From Myxococcales bacterium (GTDB lineage: Bacteria; Myxococcota_A; UBA9042; JABWCM01; BTVJ01), in assembly GCA_045863395.1 (NCBI GenBank), contig BTVJ01000026.1:1-64000 (forward strand): 64,000 bases of DNA. The letters run 5' to 3'. The first letter of the stretch is position 1. Every line of letters begins with the position of its first letter. The position numbers and the translations under genes are program-made. Below the pieces are notes generated by a model. That model was not told where the DNA came from. It was given only the letters and a program-made list of their open reading frames with translations, and did not search any database. This document shows, in pieces, positions 20,034 through 29,895 of the stretch.

Positions 20034-21446
20034 ATGGCGTCGAGCGCACTGGCAGAGCGGCTCCCCTGGAGCCCCGTCGAGGAGGTCATGGAGCGGAGCG
20101 GGCTCACCGGGCGACCGGTCATCCTCGTGGTCGACGACGACACGTCCAACCTGGCGTCGCTGCAGCGGGTCTTCGAGCGTGAGGAGCTGGACGTCATCGC
20201 GGCGGAGGACGGGCGGGCGGCCCTCGACATCCTGCGGCGGCAGCGGGTGGACGTGGTCCTCACGGACGTCATGATGCCGGGCATCACGGGCATGGACCTG
20301 CTCAAGACCGTCCGCACCGTGTCGCCGGAGGCCGAGGTGATCCTCATGACCGCCTTCGGCACCATCGAGACGGCGGTCGAGGCCATGAAGGACGGCGCCT
20401 ACGACTTCATCACCAAGCCCTTCAAGCGCATCCAGGTCGTACGCTCCGTGCGCCGCGCCCTGGAGAAGCAGTCCCTGCTGACAGAGAACCGCGCGCTCCG
20501 CGAGCGCCTGGAGACCATGCTCCAGGAGAAGGACATCATCGGCTCCAGCGTGGCCATCCGGAAGGTGGTCGACATGGTCCACCAGGTGGCGCCGAGCGCC
20601 GCCACGGTGCTGCTGCAGGGCGAGAGCGGCACGGGCAAGGAGCTGTTCGCGCGAGCCATCCACCGCCACAGCGCCCGGTCGGGCGGCCCCTTCGTCGCCA
20701 TCAACTGCGCCGCCATCCCCGAGAGCATCCTGGAGAGCGAGCTGTTCGGGTATGAGCGCGGGGCGTTCACCGGGGCGGCGCAGCGCAAGGAGGGGCGGTT
20801 CAAGCTCGCCGACGGCGGCACGCTGCTCCTCGACGAGATCGGGGAGGTCGCTCCGGCGGTCCAGGTCAAGCTGCTGCGGGTGCTCCAGGAGGGCGAGATA
20901 GAGCGCCTCGGCGGGACCCAGCCGGTCAAGGTGGACGTGCGCATCGTCGCGGCGACCAACAAGAACCTGGCCGAGGAGGTGAAGCGGGGACGCTTCCGCG
21001 AGGACCTCTTCTACCGGCTGAACGTCATCGCCATCAACCTGCCGCCTCTTCGGGAGCGCCGGGACGACATCCCGCTTCTGGCCACTCACTTCCTGCGGAT
21101 CTTCTGCGACAAGAACCGGAAGGAGATCCGTGGTTTCCAGCGGGACGCGCTGGAGGCGCTCGCCGGCTGGGACTGGCCGGGCAACGTGCGGGAGCTGGAG
21201 AACACCATCGAGCGGGCCGTGGTGCTGTGTCGCGGCGATACGGTGCGGCGCGAGGACCTGCCCGAGCACATCGCGGAGTCGGACAATGCCCCGCTGCCGC
21301 ACATCACGGTGGCGCTGGGCACCCCCCTGGAGGACGTGGAGAAGCAGCTCATCCGGGAGACCCTGCGGATGACGAACGGCGACAAGCGCCTGGCCGCACA
21401 GCTCCTGGGCATCGCCACGCGGACCATCTACAGGAAGATCGACTGA
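20034..21446 (+). CDS. Sigma54-dependent response regulator (NtrC family: REC-AAA+-HTH)
   Basis: LVVDDD, TDVMMP, GESGTGKE, ESELFG, GAFTGA, WPGNVRELEN, C-terminal HTH. Confidence 0.97.
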   Translation: MASSALAERLPWSPVEEVMERSGLTGRPVILVVDDDTSNLASLQRVFEREELDVIAAEDGRAALDILRRQRVDVVLTDVMMPGITGMDLLKTVRTVSPEAEVILMTAFGTIETAVEAMKDGAYDFITKPFKRIQVVRSVRRALEKQSLLTENRALRERLETMLQEKDIIGSSVAIRKVVDMVHQVAPSAATVLLQGESGTGKELFARAIHRHSARSGGPFVAINCAAIPESILESELFGYERGAFTGAAQRKEGRFKLADGGTLLLDEIGEVAPAVQVKLLRVLQEGEIERLGGTQPVKVDVRIVAATNKNLAEEVKRGRFREDLFYRLNVIAINLPPLRERRDDIPLLATHFLRIFCDKNRKEIRGFQRDALEALAGWDWPGNVRELENTIERAVVLCRGDTVRREDLPEHIAESDNAPLPHITVALGTPLEDVEKQLIRETLRMTNGDKRLAAQLLGIATRTIYRKID

Positions 21447-21464
21447 GCACCGAAGCTGGTGCTC
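21445..21464 (+). terminator. Short hairpin after the activator gene
   Basis: GAGCACC-gaagct-GGTGCTC; no U-tract. Confidence 0.35.
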
Positions 21465-21478
21465 CACGGCGCCGCGGA

Positions 21479-21545
21479 TGCCAGATTGGCACCGGCGGCC
21501 GGACCCCGCGGGTTCTTTTGACAAAATGACCCGCTCGGCTATGAT
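21479..21545 (+). promoter_or_regulatory. Paired activator sites overlapping a sigma70-like promoter
   Basis: TGCCAGATTGGCA (21479) and TGACAAAATGACC (21519); TTGACA-N16-TATGAT at 21518-21545. Confidence 0.5.
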
Positions 21546-21663
21546 GCGCGCGGGCCAGGGTCCAGCCGAGCCGCGGCGGGGCGTGCAGATCGGAGCTCCC
21601 GCGAGGGTCCGGCGCTCTGCACCCCCGGGGCCGCGGTGACCATGACGCGCGACGGGCGGTCCG

Positions 21664-21678
21664 TGGCGCGGTTGTTGC
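21664..21678 (+). promoter_or_regulatory. Sigma54 promoter of the T2SS operon
   Basis: TGGCGC-GGTTG-TTGC. Confidence 0.7.
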
Positions 21679-21818
21679 AGTCAGGGGCTACGCCCTAGCC
21701 CTCGCCGCTCGGCATGCGGGGGGCGACTGCTGGCTTCCATCCTGGACGACGACTCCGAGCGAGTGGGTGGGGGCTCATCCACTCACGCTCCGGATCGGGC
21801 ATGGTGTGACGCGGCCTC

Positions 21819-22802
21819 ATGGAGACCCTGTTCAAACGGTACTTCTGGGTGATCAACCTGCTCGCGCTGGCGGCGGCCGCGTGGATGCTGGCGACCACCA
21901 TCAATGAGTACGTGAGCAGGAAGCTCCTCGCGGTGCCGGCGGCGGAGCTCTCTGCCGACAAGAGCAAGGGCGGCGCCCTGTCCCCCCGAACCCTGTGGGC
22001 GGACAACATCTCAGACGAGCTCAAGTCGCGGCGGCCGTTCAACTCCGACCCGCCCGCCGAAGAGAAGGTAGACGAGGGAGGCCCCGTCGACGAGGATCCC
22101 GTGGAGGAGGCGCCGGAGGAGGAGCAGGTCATCGAGTGCGACCAGCTCGGCGTGAACCTCATCGGCACGATGATCTCGCCGGAGCCCTCCATGTCCATGG
22201 CGACCATCGAGGCGGAGGGCGCCACCAAGCTCATCCGCCTTGGCACGTCCGTCCTCGACAAGGCGGAGGTCAGAGAGATCTCGCGGCGCTACATCCGCCT
22301 CTCGCAGGGCGACAAGGACTGCGTCGTGCGCCTCTGGGGCGAGAAGGCCCCCCCGGGGATGCGCCCTGGCGCCCGCCCGGGCATGCCGCCCATGCCCGTC
22401 GCGCGGCCCGCCCAGAACCCGGCGGCGGCAGCCCCCCGGCAGCCCACCCAGGACTACGCGGCGGGCGTCAAGCAGAAGAGCGAGACGGAGTTCGAGATCA
22501 GCCGCGCCATGATCGACCAGAACCTGGAGGACCTGAGCACGCTCGGAATGCAGGCCCGCATCGTGCCCAACTACCGCAACGGCAAGTACGAGGGGTTCAA
22601 GCTGGTCGGGGTGCGCCCGAACAGCCTCTACCGGGCCATCGGGATCCGCAGCGGCGACGTCATCAAGAGGATCAACGGGCGTGAGATCAACAGCCCGAAC
22701 AAGGCCATCGAGCTCTTCGAGAGCCTCAAGAACTCGAGCAACATCGCCCTCGACATCGAGCGCCGGGGGCAGCTCTCGACGATGCAGTACACGATCAAGT
22801 AG
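21819..22802 (+). CDS. gspC: Type II secretion protein C (PDZ-containing)
   Basis: N-terminal TM, LIGT HR domain, QARIVP...GFKL...SLY..IGIRSGDVIKRING. Confidence 0.9.
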   Translation: METLFKRYFWVINLLALAAAAWMLATTINEYVSRKLLAVPAAELSADKSKGGALSPRTLWADNISDELKSRRPFNSDPPAEEKVDEGGPVDEDPVEEAPEEEQVIECDQLGVNLIGTMISPEPSMSMATIEAEGATKLIRLGTSVLDKAEVREISRRYIRLSQGDKDCVVRLWGEKAPPGMRPGARPGMPPMPVARPAQNPAAAAPRQPTQDYAAGVKQKSETEFEISRAMIDQNLEDLSTLGMQARIVPNYRNGKYEGFKLVGVRPNSLYRAIGIRSGDVIKRINGREINSPNKAIELFESLKNSSNIALDIERRGQLSTMQYTIK

Positions 22803-22866
22803 ATGCACGTGGCCCGGCCGCGGCCCGCTCCGGCGCGGCCCGCCTCAACACGAACTCGGAGTCCCT

Positions 22867-25623
22867 GTGCGCGTCTCACTGTCCAACATCTCGGCGTCTG
22901 CCCGCTCAGTCGCACGCCTGCTTGCGGCGCTGATCGTCCTGGCCGCGTCCGTCGCCCAAGGGCAGCAGCCGGTGCCCGTGCGGCCCGCGCCCGTCAACCC
23001 CCCGGTCGATCCCGGCGGGGGCGCGGGGGTGATCAACAAGGGCGGGGCCCAGCCGCTGCCCTTCGACCCCAAGCAGCTCGGGCAGCCCGGCGTCGGTGAG
23101 GCGCCCATCGCGGGAGAGGCCGGCTCGGACGTCTCCCCCACGCCCGTCGATGACATGATCACGTTCAAGTCCAACTACGAGAAGGACGTGAAGTGCATCA
23201 AGCTGCCGCTGAACGCCAAGATCAACATCGACTTCGAGGACGCGGACCTGCTCTCCGTCGCCAAGTTCATCGGGTGCATCACGGAGCAGAACTTCATCCT
23301 GGCGGGTGGCCTGAAGGGCAAGACGATCACGATCATGAGCCCCAAGCCGGTGACCGCCTATGAGGCGTACCGGGCGTTCCTGGCGGCCCTCGAGATCAAC
23401 CAGATGACGATCGTTCCGACGGGCAAGTTCCTCAAGATCGAGGACGTCGGCAAGGCCAAGCAGGACACCCTGCCCATCTACGGGCCGCGCCAGAGCGTGC
23501 CCGGGGACGAGCGCTTCGTCACGCGGCTCGTCCAGCTCGAGCACATCGGCGCCGACGAGATGTCGCAGGTGCTGATGAAGTTCAAGACCGCCCAGGGCGA
23601 CATCTCCACCTACCCGCCGACCAACACGCTCATCGTCACGGACACGGGCGTGAACATCAAGCGCATGCTCGGGCTGCTCAAGGAGCTGGACGTCCCGACG
23701 GGCAAGGAGCGGGTGTGGATCCGCCAGGTCGAGTACGCCCAGGCGACGGAGCTGGTCGACAAGCTCATGCAGGTGTTCGGCGAGCAGCAGGGGGCAGCGG
23801 CGAAGGCGTCGGCGGCGGAGGCAGCCCGGCGGCGCCTCGAGGCGCGGCGGGCGGCCCAGGCGCGCGGGGCGCAGCAGCCAGCAGCGGCGAGCGCCCCGAT
23901 GGCGGGCGAGCAGGGGCTGGAGCCCGGCGCCGTGTCCGTGTCGAAGATCCTGGCCGACGAGCGCACGAACCAGCTCATCATCGTGGCCAACCGCACCAGC
24001 TACTTCAAGCTCGACAAGCTGATCCGCAAGCTGGACGTGCCGATCCCCGGGGAGGGGCAGATCCACATCCACTACCTGGAGAACGCCGACGCCGACGAGA
24101 TCTCCAGCACCCTGTCCTCGCTCACGCAAGGGGGGGCGGCCGGTGGCGCGCGAGGCGCAGGTGCCCGCCCGCGGACGGGCGCCCCCGCGGCGGCGGGCGC
24201 TCCCGCGGGCGCAGCGGGCGGCGCGGGCGGCTCGGCCGCGCTCTTCGAGGGCGAGGTGAAGATCACGGCCCACAAGGAGACCAACTCCCTCGTCATCGAG
24301 GCGTCGCTCAAGGACTACCTGAACCTGAAGAAGGTCATCCAGCGCCTGGACGTGCGCCGCAAGCAGGTCTACGTGGAGGCGGTGATCATGGAGATCACGT
24401 CGTCCAAGGACCAGAAGCTCGGCATCAGCGGGTCGGCGGGGACCACGTTCGACATCGACGGCAACGAGGTGCCGCTGCTGTTCGGGCTCGGCGGCCTGGG
24501 CATCTCGTCCTTCGACCTGCAGCAGCTCCAGAAGGGCGGCATCGCGGCCGGCATGCAGGGGCCGCTGGTCGATGTGGATCCGGGCTCGGCCGCGCGCTCC
24601 GGCGCCCTGTCGCTGCCGACCTTCGGGTTCCTGATCCAGGCGCTGCACTCGAACTCCGACGTCAACATCCTGTCGACGCCGCACATCCTGACCACGGACA
24701 ACGAGGAGGCGGAGATCCAGGTGGGCAAGCAGATCCCGTACCGTGCCTCCGGGGTTGGGGGCGGGCTCGGCTCCCTGGCGTCGCTGGCCGGCCTCGGCGG
24801 CGGCCTGACCCAGAACGCGGGCAGCGCCTTGGGCGGCCTCGGCGGCCTCGGCGGGCTGGGGGCCCTCGGCGCCCTGGGCGGCCTCGGTACGACCCAGTAC
24901 GTGGACGTGGACCTGACCCTGAAGATCACCCCGCACATCAACGAGAGCGACTTCGTGCGGCTGGAGATCGACCAGGAGATCGAAGACGTCGAGAGCATCC
25001 AGGCGGATCTGGGGCCGACGACCAGCCGCCGGAAGGTCAAGAACACCGTGGTGGTGAAGGACCAGCAGCCCGTGGTCATCGGTGGCCTGATCCGCGACAC
25101 CGAGACCGAGGGCGTGGACAAGGTGCCCTTCCTCGGCGACATCCCCGTGCTCGGCTACCTGTTCCGCAAGAACGTGCGGACGACGGAGAAGAAGAACCTG
25201 CTGATGATCATCGTGCCGACCATCATCAGCGATCCGAGCGACCTCAAGCGCATCCACGAGAACCGCATGCAGGAGATGCGGGACTTCGGCGACCAGCTCG
25301 CAACCAAGAAGAAGGAGTACATGGGCCAGGTGGACTACCGCAAGAAGAGCGGAATCCTGCAGCACATGAACTCGGTTGTCTCCAGAGCGCGCACGGATCG
25401 CGAGCTGTTGGAGAAGACCACCTTCGACCAGTCGGAGCTGGACCTCATCGGGCCGCCGGAGACCCACGACATCGAGTACGACCCCTACGAGGCGGAGAAG
25501 GAGCGCCGGGCCCGCGCCCGTGGGGCGGCGAAGCCCGCCGCGACGGAGCCTGCCGCGCCTGCGCCTGCCACCGTCCGGCCCGAGACGGACTCCATCGAGA
25601 TCGATCCGGACGACGGGCCATGA
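22867..25623 (+). CDS. gspD: Type II secretion secretin D
   Basis: IDFEDADL, ADERTNQLII, LDVRRKQVYVEAVIME, ILSTPHILTTDNEEAEIQVG, KVPFLGDIPVLGYLF; GTG start inferred. Confidence 0.96.
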   Translation: MRVSLSNISASARSVARLLAALIVLAASVAQGQQPVPVRPAPVNPPVDPGGGAGVINKGGAQPLPFDPKQLGQPGVGEAPIAGEAGSDVSPTPVDDMITFKSNYEKDVKCIKLPLNAKINIDFEDADLLSVAKFIGCITEQNFILAGGLKGKTITIMSPKPVTAYEAYRAFLAALEINQMTIVPTGKFLKIEDVGKAKQDTLPIYGPRQSVPGDERFVTRLVQLEHIGADEMSQVLMKFKTAQGDISTYPPTNTLIVTDTGVNIKRMLGLLKELDVPTGKERVWIRQVEYAQATELVDKLMQVFGEQQGAAAKASAAEAARRRLEARRAAQARGAQQPAAASAPMAGEQGLEPGAVSVSKILADERTNQLIIVANRTSYFKLDKLIRKLDVPIPGEGQIHIHYLENADADEISSTLSSLTQGGAAGGARGAGARPRTGAPAAAGAPAGAAGGAGGSAALFEGEVKITAHKETNSLVIEASLKDYLNLKKVIQRLDVRRKQVYVEAVIMEITSSKDQKLGISGSAGTTFDIDGNEVPLLFGLGGLGISSFDLQQLQKGGIAAGMQGPLVDVDPGSAARSGALSLPTFGFLIQALHSNSDVNILSTPHILTTDNEEAEIQVGKQIPYRASGVGGGLGSLASLAGLGGGLTQNAGSALGGLGGLGGLGALGALGGLGTTQYVDVDLTLKITPHINESDFVRLEIDQEIEDVESIQADLGPTTSRRKVKNTVVVKDQQPVVIGGLIRDTETEGVDKVPFLGDIPVLGYLFRKNVRTTEKKNLLMIIVPTIISDPSDLKRIHENRMQEMRDFGDQLATKKKEYMGQVDYRKKSGILQHMNSVVSRARTDRELLEKTTFDQSELDLIGPPETHDIEYDPYEAEKERRARARGAAKPAATEPAAPAPATVRPETDSIEIDPDDGP

Positions 25624-25641
25624 CCAGCGGCTTCAGCAGAC

Positions 25642-27426
25642 GTGAGGATGGGTGACGTGGTGCTGTCCGCGCACATGGACATGGCCCCGAGGCGCCTCGG
25701 CGAGATCCTTCTCGAGCGCGGCAAGGTGACCCGCTCGCAGCTCGACGCGGCGCTCCAGTCCCAGGCCGACAAGGGGGGGCGCCTCGGCGAGGTGCTGATC
25801 GCGATGCGCTCCTGCCAGGAGGAGGACGTCCTGGAGGCCCTGTCCGTGCAGCTCGGGATCCCCATGATCACGGGCATCCAGCTCGACCAGATGGACCCGG
25901 CCATCGTCGCGCCGCTGTCGATCACCTACGCCAAGCAGCACGTCTTCCTGCCGATCGAGCGCACGGACGACGCGCTGATCGTCGCGGTCAACGATCCCCT
26001 CGAGATCTACGCCCTCGACGATCTGCGCACCATCTACGACCGTCCCGTGGAGCCGCGCATCGCCTCGTCGACCGTCATCCTGGAGGCCATCAACAAGATC
26101 TTCGACCGGCGCGCCGGCGCCGATCAGGTCATGGACGAGCTCGAGACCCAGGACCTGGACAAGGTCGCCCACGATCTGGAGGCCGAGGCCCAGGACATCC
26201 TCGACGCCGACGACGAGGCGCCGATCATCCGGCTCGTCAACTCGGTCCTGAACCAGGCGGTCAAGGAGAAGGCCAGCGACATCCACATCGAGCCCTTCGA
26301 GAAGTTCGTCAGCGTGCGGTTCAGAAAGGACGGCGTGCTCCACGACATCATCCACGCGCCGAAGCGCTTCCAGTCCTCCATCACGAGCCGCATCAAGATC
26401 ATGGGGGACTTGAACATCGCCGAGAAGCGGCTTCCCCAGGACGGCCGCATCCGCATCAAGGTGGCCGGGCGCGACATCGACATCCGCCTCTCCACCGTCC
26501 CGACCAGCCACGGCGAGCGGCTCGTGCTCCGGCTCCTCGACAAGACCAACACGGTGCTCGATCTGCGCCGCCTCGGGTTCTCGAAGGAGAACTTCGAGAA
26601 GATGGAGCAGCTCCTCAAGCGACCGCACGGCATCCTGCTCGTGACCGGCCCGACGGGAAGCGGCAAGACGACCACCCTGTACGCCGCGCTGACCAGCATC
26701 AACTCGCCGGACAAGAACATCCTGACCGTCGAGGATCCGGTGGAGTACCAGATCCACGGCATCGGGCAGATGCAGGTCAACCCGAAGATCAACTTCACCT
26801 TCGCCTCGGGGCTCCGCGCCATCTTGCGCCAGGACCCGGACGTGGTGCTCGTCGGCGAGATCCGCGACCTGGAGACGGCGGAGATCGCCGTCCAGGCGTC
26901 GCTGACCGGCCACCTCGTGTTCTCGACGGTCCACACCAACGACTCGGCGAGCACGTTCACGCGGCTCATCGACATGGGGGTCGAGCCGTTCCTCATCGCG
27001 TCGTCCGTGGCCGCCTGCGTGGCCCAGCGCCTCGTGCGGCGCATCTGCAAGCACTGTCGCGAGCCATACACGCCCGCCGACGCGGAGCTGGATCAGCTCG
27101 GGCTGCTGGGGCCCACGGCGAGGTTCGCGCCGCTCCTGCGGGAGCGCTTCGGGGCCGAGCGGCCCATGTTCTTCCGCACGGTGGGCTGCAAGGAGTGCGC
27201 GGGCACGGGGTACTCGGGGCGCGCCGCCATCTATGAGATGCTGGTCGTCAGCGACGAGATCCGCACGCTGGTCATGCAGAACGTCTCGTCCACGGAGATC
27301 AAGAAGAAGGCCGTGGCCTTGGGCATGTTGTCGCTCCTCGACGACGGGGCGCTCAAGGTCATCGACGGGGAGACCACCGCCGAGGAGGTCTTCCGCGTGG
27401 CCAGCGTTCGGGACGAGGTGTTCTAG
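25642..27426 (+). CDS. gspE: Type II secretion ATPase E
   Basis: ASDIHIEP, EKRLPQDGR, GPTGSGKTTT, LRQDPD, CxxC..CxxC. Confidence 0.97.
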   Translation: MRMGDVVLSAHMDMAPRRLGEILLERGKVTRSQLDAALQSQADKGGRLGEVLIAMRSCQEEDVLEALSVQLGIPMITGIQLDQMDPAIVAPLSITYAKQHVFLPIERTDDALIVAVNDPLEIYALDDLRTIYDRPVEPRIASSTVILEAINKIFDRRAGADQVMDELETQDLDKVAHDLEAEAQDILDADDEAPIIRLVNSVLNQAVKEKASDIHIEPFEKFVSVRFRKDGVLHDIIHAPKRFQSSITSRIKIMGDLNIAEKRLPQDGRIRIKVAGRDIDIRLSTVPTSHGERLVLRLLDKTNTVLDLRRLGFSKENFEKMEQLLKRPHGILLVTGPTGSGKTTTLYAALTSINSPDKNILTVEDPVEYQIHGIGQMQVNPKINFTFASGLRAILRQDPDVVLVGEIRDLETAEIAVQASLTGHLVFSTVHTNDSASTFTRLIDMGVEPFLIASSVAACVAQRLVRRICKHCREPYTPADAELDQLGLLGPTARFAPLLRERFGAERPMFFRTVGCKECAGTGYSGRAAIYEMLVVSDEIRTLVMQNVSSTEIKKKAVALGMLSLLDDGALKVIDGETTAEEVFRVASVRDEVF

Positions 27427-27492
27427 TCCGCGCCCGTGTGCCTCCGCTGACCCACGCACGTACAAGGCGACCGCCGGAGATCGGGAGAGAGC

Positions 27493-28755
27493 ATGGCTGT
27501 CTTCGAGTACAAGGGGCTGAACGCGAAGGGGAAGCCCGTCACGGGCGTCCTGGATGCGGACAACCCGCGCGTGCTGAAGATGAACCTCCGCAAGGACGGC
27601 ATCTTCCTCACGGAGTACGCGGAGACCGACAAGGGGGGGGCGAAGAAGGCGGTCGTCAAGGGCACCCTCAAGACGGCCGGGTCCAAGGACGTCGAGCTCG
27701 GGCGCATGTTCCAGCGCGTCAAGCTCATGGACGTCGCCATCGTGACCCGCCAGCTCGCAACGCTGATCAAGGCGGGCATCCCGGTGGTTGACTCTTTGTC
27801 AGCGACCATCGACCAGACGGAGAACCCCAAGCTCAAGTCCGTGCTGACCGCGGTGCGGCAGCAGATCAACGAGGGCTCCTCGCTGGCCAACGCGCTGGCC
27901 CAGCACCCCAAGACGTTCAGCGAGATGTTCGTGAACATGGTCCGCGCCGGCGAGTCGTCGGGCACCCTGGACCTGGTGTTCCTGCGCCTGGCGGACTTCA
28001 TCGAGGGCCAGGTCAAGCTCCGCACCAAGCTCATCGGGTCCATGATGTACCCGGTGATCATGGTCGTGCTCGGCTTTGTCATTGTGTCACTGATGATGGT
28101 CTTCGTGATCCCGAAGATCACCGAGATGTTCGCCGAGATGGGCGCGACGCTGCCCTGGCAGACCCGCATGCTCATCGGGGCCAGCGACTTCTTCCGCTCC
28201 TGGTGGTTCCTGATCTTCGGCGCAATGGGCGGCGCGGCCTGGTGGTTTCGCAAGTGGAAGGCCGGTGAGGCGGGGCGCGCGCGCTGGGACGGGATGATCC
28301 TCAAGTTCCCGATCTTCGGCGAGCTCAACCGGATGATCGCCATCACCCGCTTCTCGACGACCTTTGGCACGCTTCTGGCTAGTGGAGTCCAGCTCCTCGT
28401 GGCGCTCGACATCGTCAAGAGCGTGCTCAACAACGTGGTGCTCGCCCAGGTCATCGACGACGCGCGCACCGGGATCCGCGAGGGAGAGAGCATCGCCGGC
28501 CCGCTGAAGCGGTCCGGGCAGTTCCCGCCGATGGTCACGCACATGATCGCCATCGGAGAGAAGTCCGGGCAGCTCACGGAGATGCTGACCAACGTGTCGA
28601 GCGCCTACGAGGCCCAGGTGGAGAGCCGTGTGGGCCAGCTCACCGCCGTCCTGGAGCCGGTGATGCTCGTGCTGATGGGTATCGGCGTCGCGTTCCTCGT
28701 GTTCGCGATCCTCATGCCCATGCTCCAGATGAACGAGGCGATCTCGGGCGGCTGA
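27493..28755 (+). CDS. gspF: Type II secretion inner-membrane platform F
   Basis: TRQLATLIKAG, MVRAGESSGTLD, MIAIGEKSGQL, LEP. Confidence 0.97.
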   Translation: MAVFEYKGLNAKGKPVTGVLDADNPRVLKMNLRKDGIFLTEYAETDKGGAKKAVVKGTLKTAGSKDVELGRMFQRVKLMDVAIVTRQLATLIKAGIPVVDSLSATIDQTENPKLKSVLTAVRQQINEGSSLANALAQHPKTFSEMFVNMVRAGESSGTLDLVFLRLADFIEGQVKLRTKLIGSMMYPVIMVVLGFVIVSLMMVFVIPKITEMFAEMGATLPWQTRMLIGASDFFRSWWFLIFGAMGGAAWWFRKWKAGEAGRARWDGMILKFPIFGELNRMIAITRFSTTFGTLLASGVQLLVALDIVKSVLNNVVLAQVIDDARTGIREGESIAGPLKRSGQFPPMVTHMIAIGEKSGQLTEMLTNVSSAYEAQVESRVGQLTAVLEPVMLVLMGIGVAFLVFAILMPMLQMNEAISGG

Positions 28756-28812
28756 GCCGCCCACGGCACTTGGGTCCACATTGGCAGGCCCCCGGGCGGG
28801 GCGGAGGAGAGC

Positions 28813-29220
28813 ATGAGGAAGTTCTGGGATCGGACGGCGGCGCGCACGCTCCGCAATCAGCGCGGCATGACGCTCATCGAGATCATGGTGGTCATCGCGA
28901 TCATCGGAATCCTGTCGACGGCCATCGGCTACGGCGTCGTGACCTACCTGCAGAAGGCGAAGATCGACTCCTGCAAAGCGCAGCTCCGCACCATCGCCAA
29001 CGCCATCGACATGTACGCCGCGTCGGATGACTACCCCAATGACCTGGGGTCGCTGACCGAGGGGAACAACGCCCCGCTCAAGGAGAGTCAGCTCAAGGAC
29101 CCGTGGAAGCAGGAGATCACCTACAACCACCCGGCGCAGCGCGGGGGGGGGGAGTTCGACCTGTGCTCCAAGGGGCCCGACAAGAAGCAGAACACCGACG
29201 ACGACATCTGCCACGAGTAG
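28813..29220 (+). CDS. gspG: Major pseudopilin G
   Basis: RGMTLIEIMVVIAIIGIL, KDPW, FDLCSKGPD..NTDDDI. Confidence 0.95.
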   Translation: MRKFWDRTAARTLRNQRGMTLIEIMVVIAIIGILSTAIGYGVVTYLQKAKIDSCKAQLRTIANAIDMYAASDDYPNDLGSLTEGNNAPLKESQLKDPWKQEITYNHPAQRGGGEFDLCSKGPDKKQNTDDDICHE

Positions 29221-29229
29221 GGCGACGGC

Positions 29230-29895
29230 ATGGTTCACGAGGCGCGCGCGCGGTCCACATCGAGGGGCTTCACGCTCATCGAGCTGCTCGCGACCATCGT
29301 GATCATCCTGGTGATCACCGTCGCCGTCACCATCGCCATCGGCAACATCCAGCGAGCGGACCTGCCGGCCCAGTCGGGAAAGCTGGCCGCTGCCGTGCGG
29401 TACCTCTACAACCTGGCCGTGATCAACAACCAGAGCTACCGGCTGGTCATCGATCTCGGTGCCCGGGAGTACTGGGGTGAGGAGCTGCCCGCCGAGTCGC
29501 CGTGCGACGTGTTCCTGCTGGAGTCGGAGGGGGACCCGAAGGCCGCGGCCAAGCTGCAGACGCAGAAGGGCAAGAAGCGCAAGAAGGGGGACGGGGACGA
29601 GGAGGCGGCCGCGCAGACAGCGGCCTTCGACGCGGTGAAGGACAACCTGCTCACCAAGCGCACCCTGGACACGAAGATCGAGTTCCGGGGGGTGATCACG
29701 TCGCACCACGCCGAGCTCCAGGAGGACGGACGGGTGGAGGTCAACTTCTTCCCGTCGGGCTACGTGGAGAAGGCGTACATCTATGTCGGGACCGGCGAGC
29801 AGACCTTCACCATCGAGACGCGGCCCCTGCTCGGGACGGTGAGGATCCACAAGGAGAAGCTCAACCCCTCGAACCTGTTCAAGAAGGAGACCTGA
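29230..29895 (+). CDS. gspH: Minor pseudopilin H-like
   Basis: RGFTLIELL prepilin motif; FFPSG; operon position. Confidence 0.8.
   Translation: MVHEARARSTSRGFTLIELLATIVIILVITVAVTIAIGNIQRADLPAQSGKLAAAVRYLYNLAVINNQSYRLVIDLGAREYWGEELPAESPCDVFLLESEGDPKAAAKLQTQKGKKRKKGDGDEEAAAQTAAFDAVKDNLLTKRTLDTKIEFRGVITSHHAELQEDGRVEVNFFPSGYVEKAYIYVGTGEQTFTIETRPLLGTVRIHKEKLNPSNLFKKET

Noticed and set aside
22906..27465. Long antisense and alternate-frame ORFs over the T2SS genes (and similar ones over other core genes)
   Set aside because: Expected from stop-codon scarcity at high GC3; the sense frames carry all the family motifs
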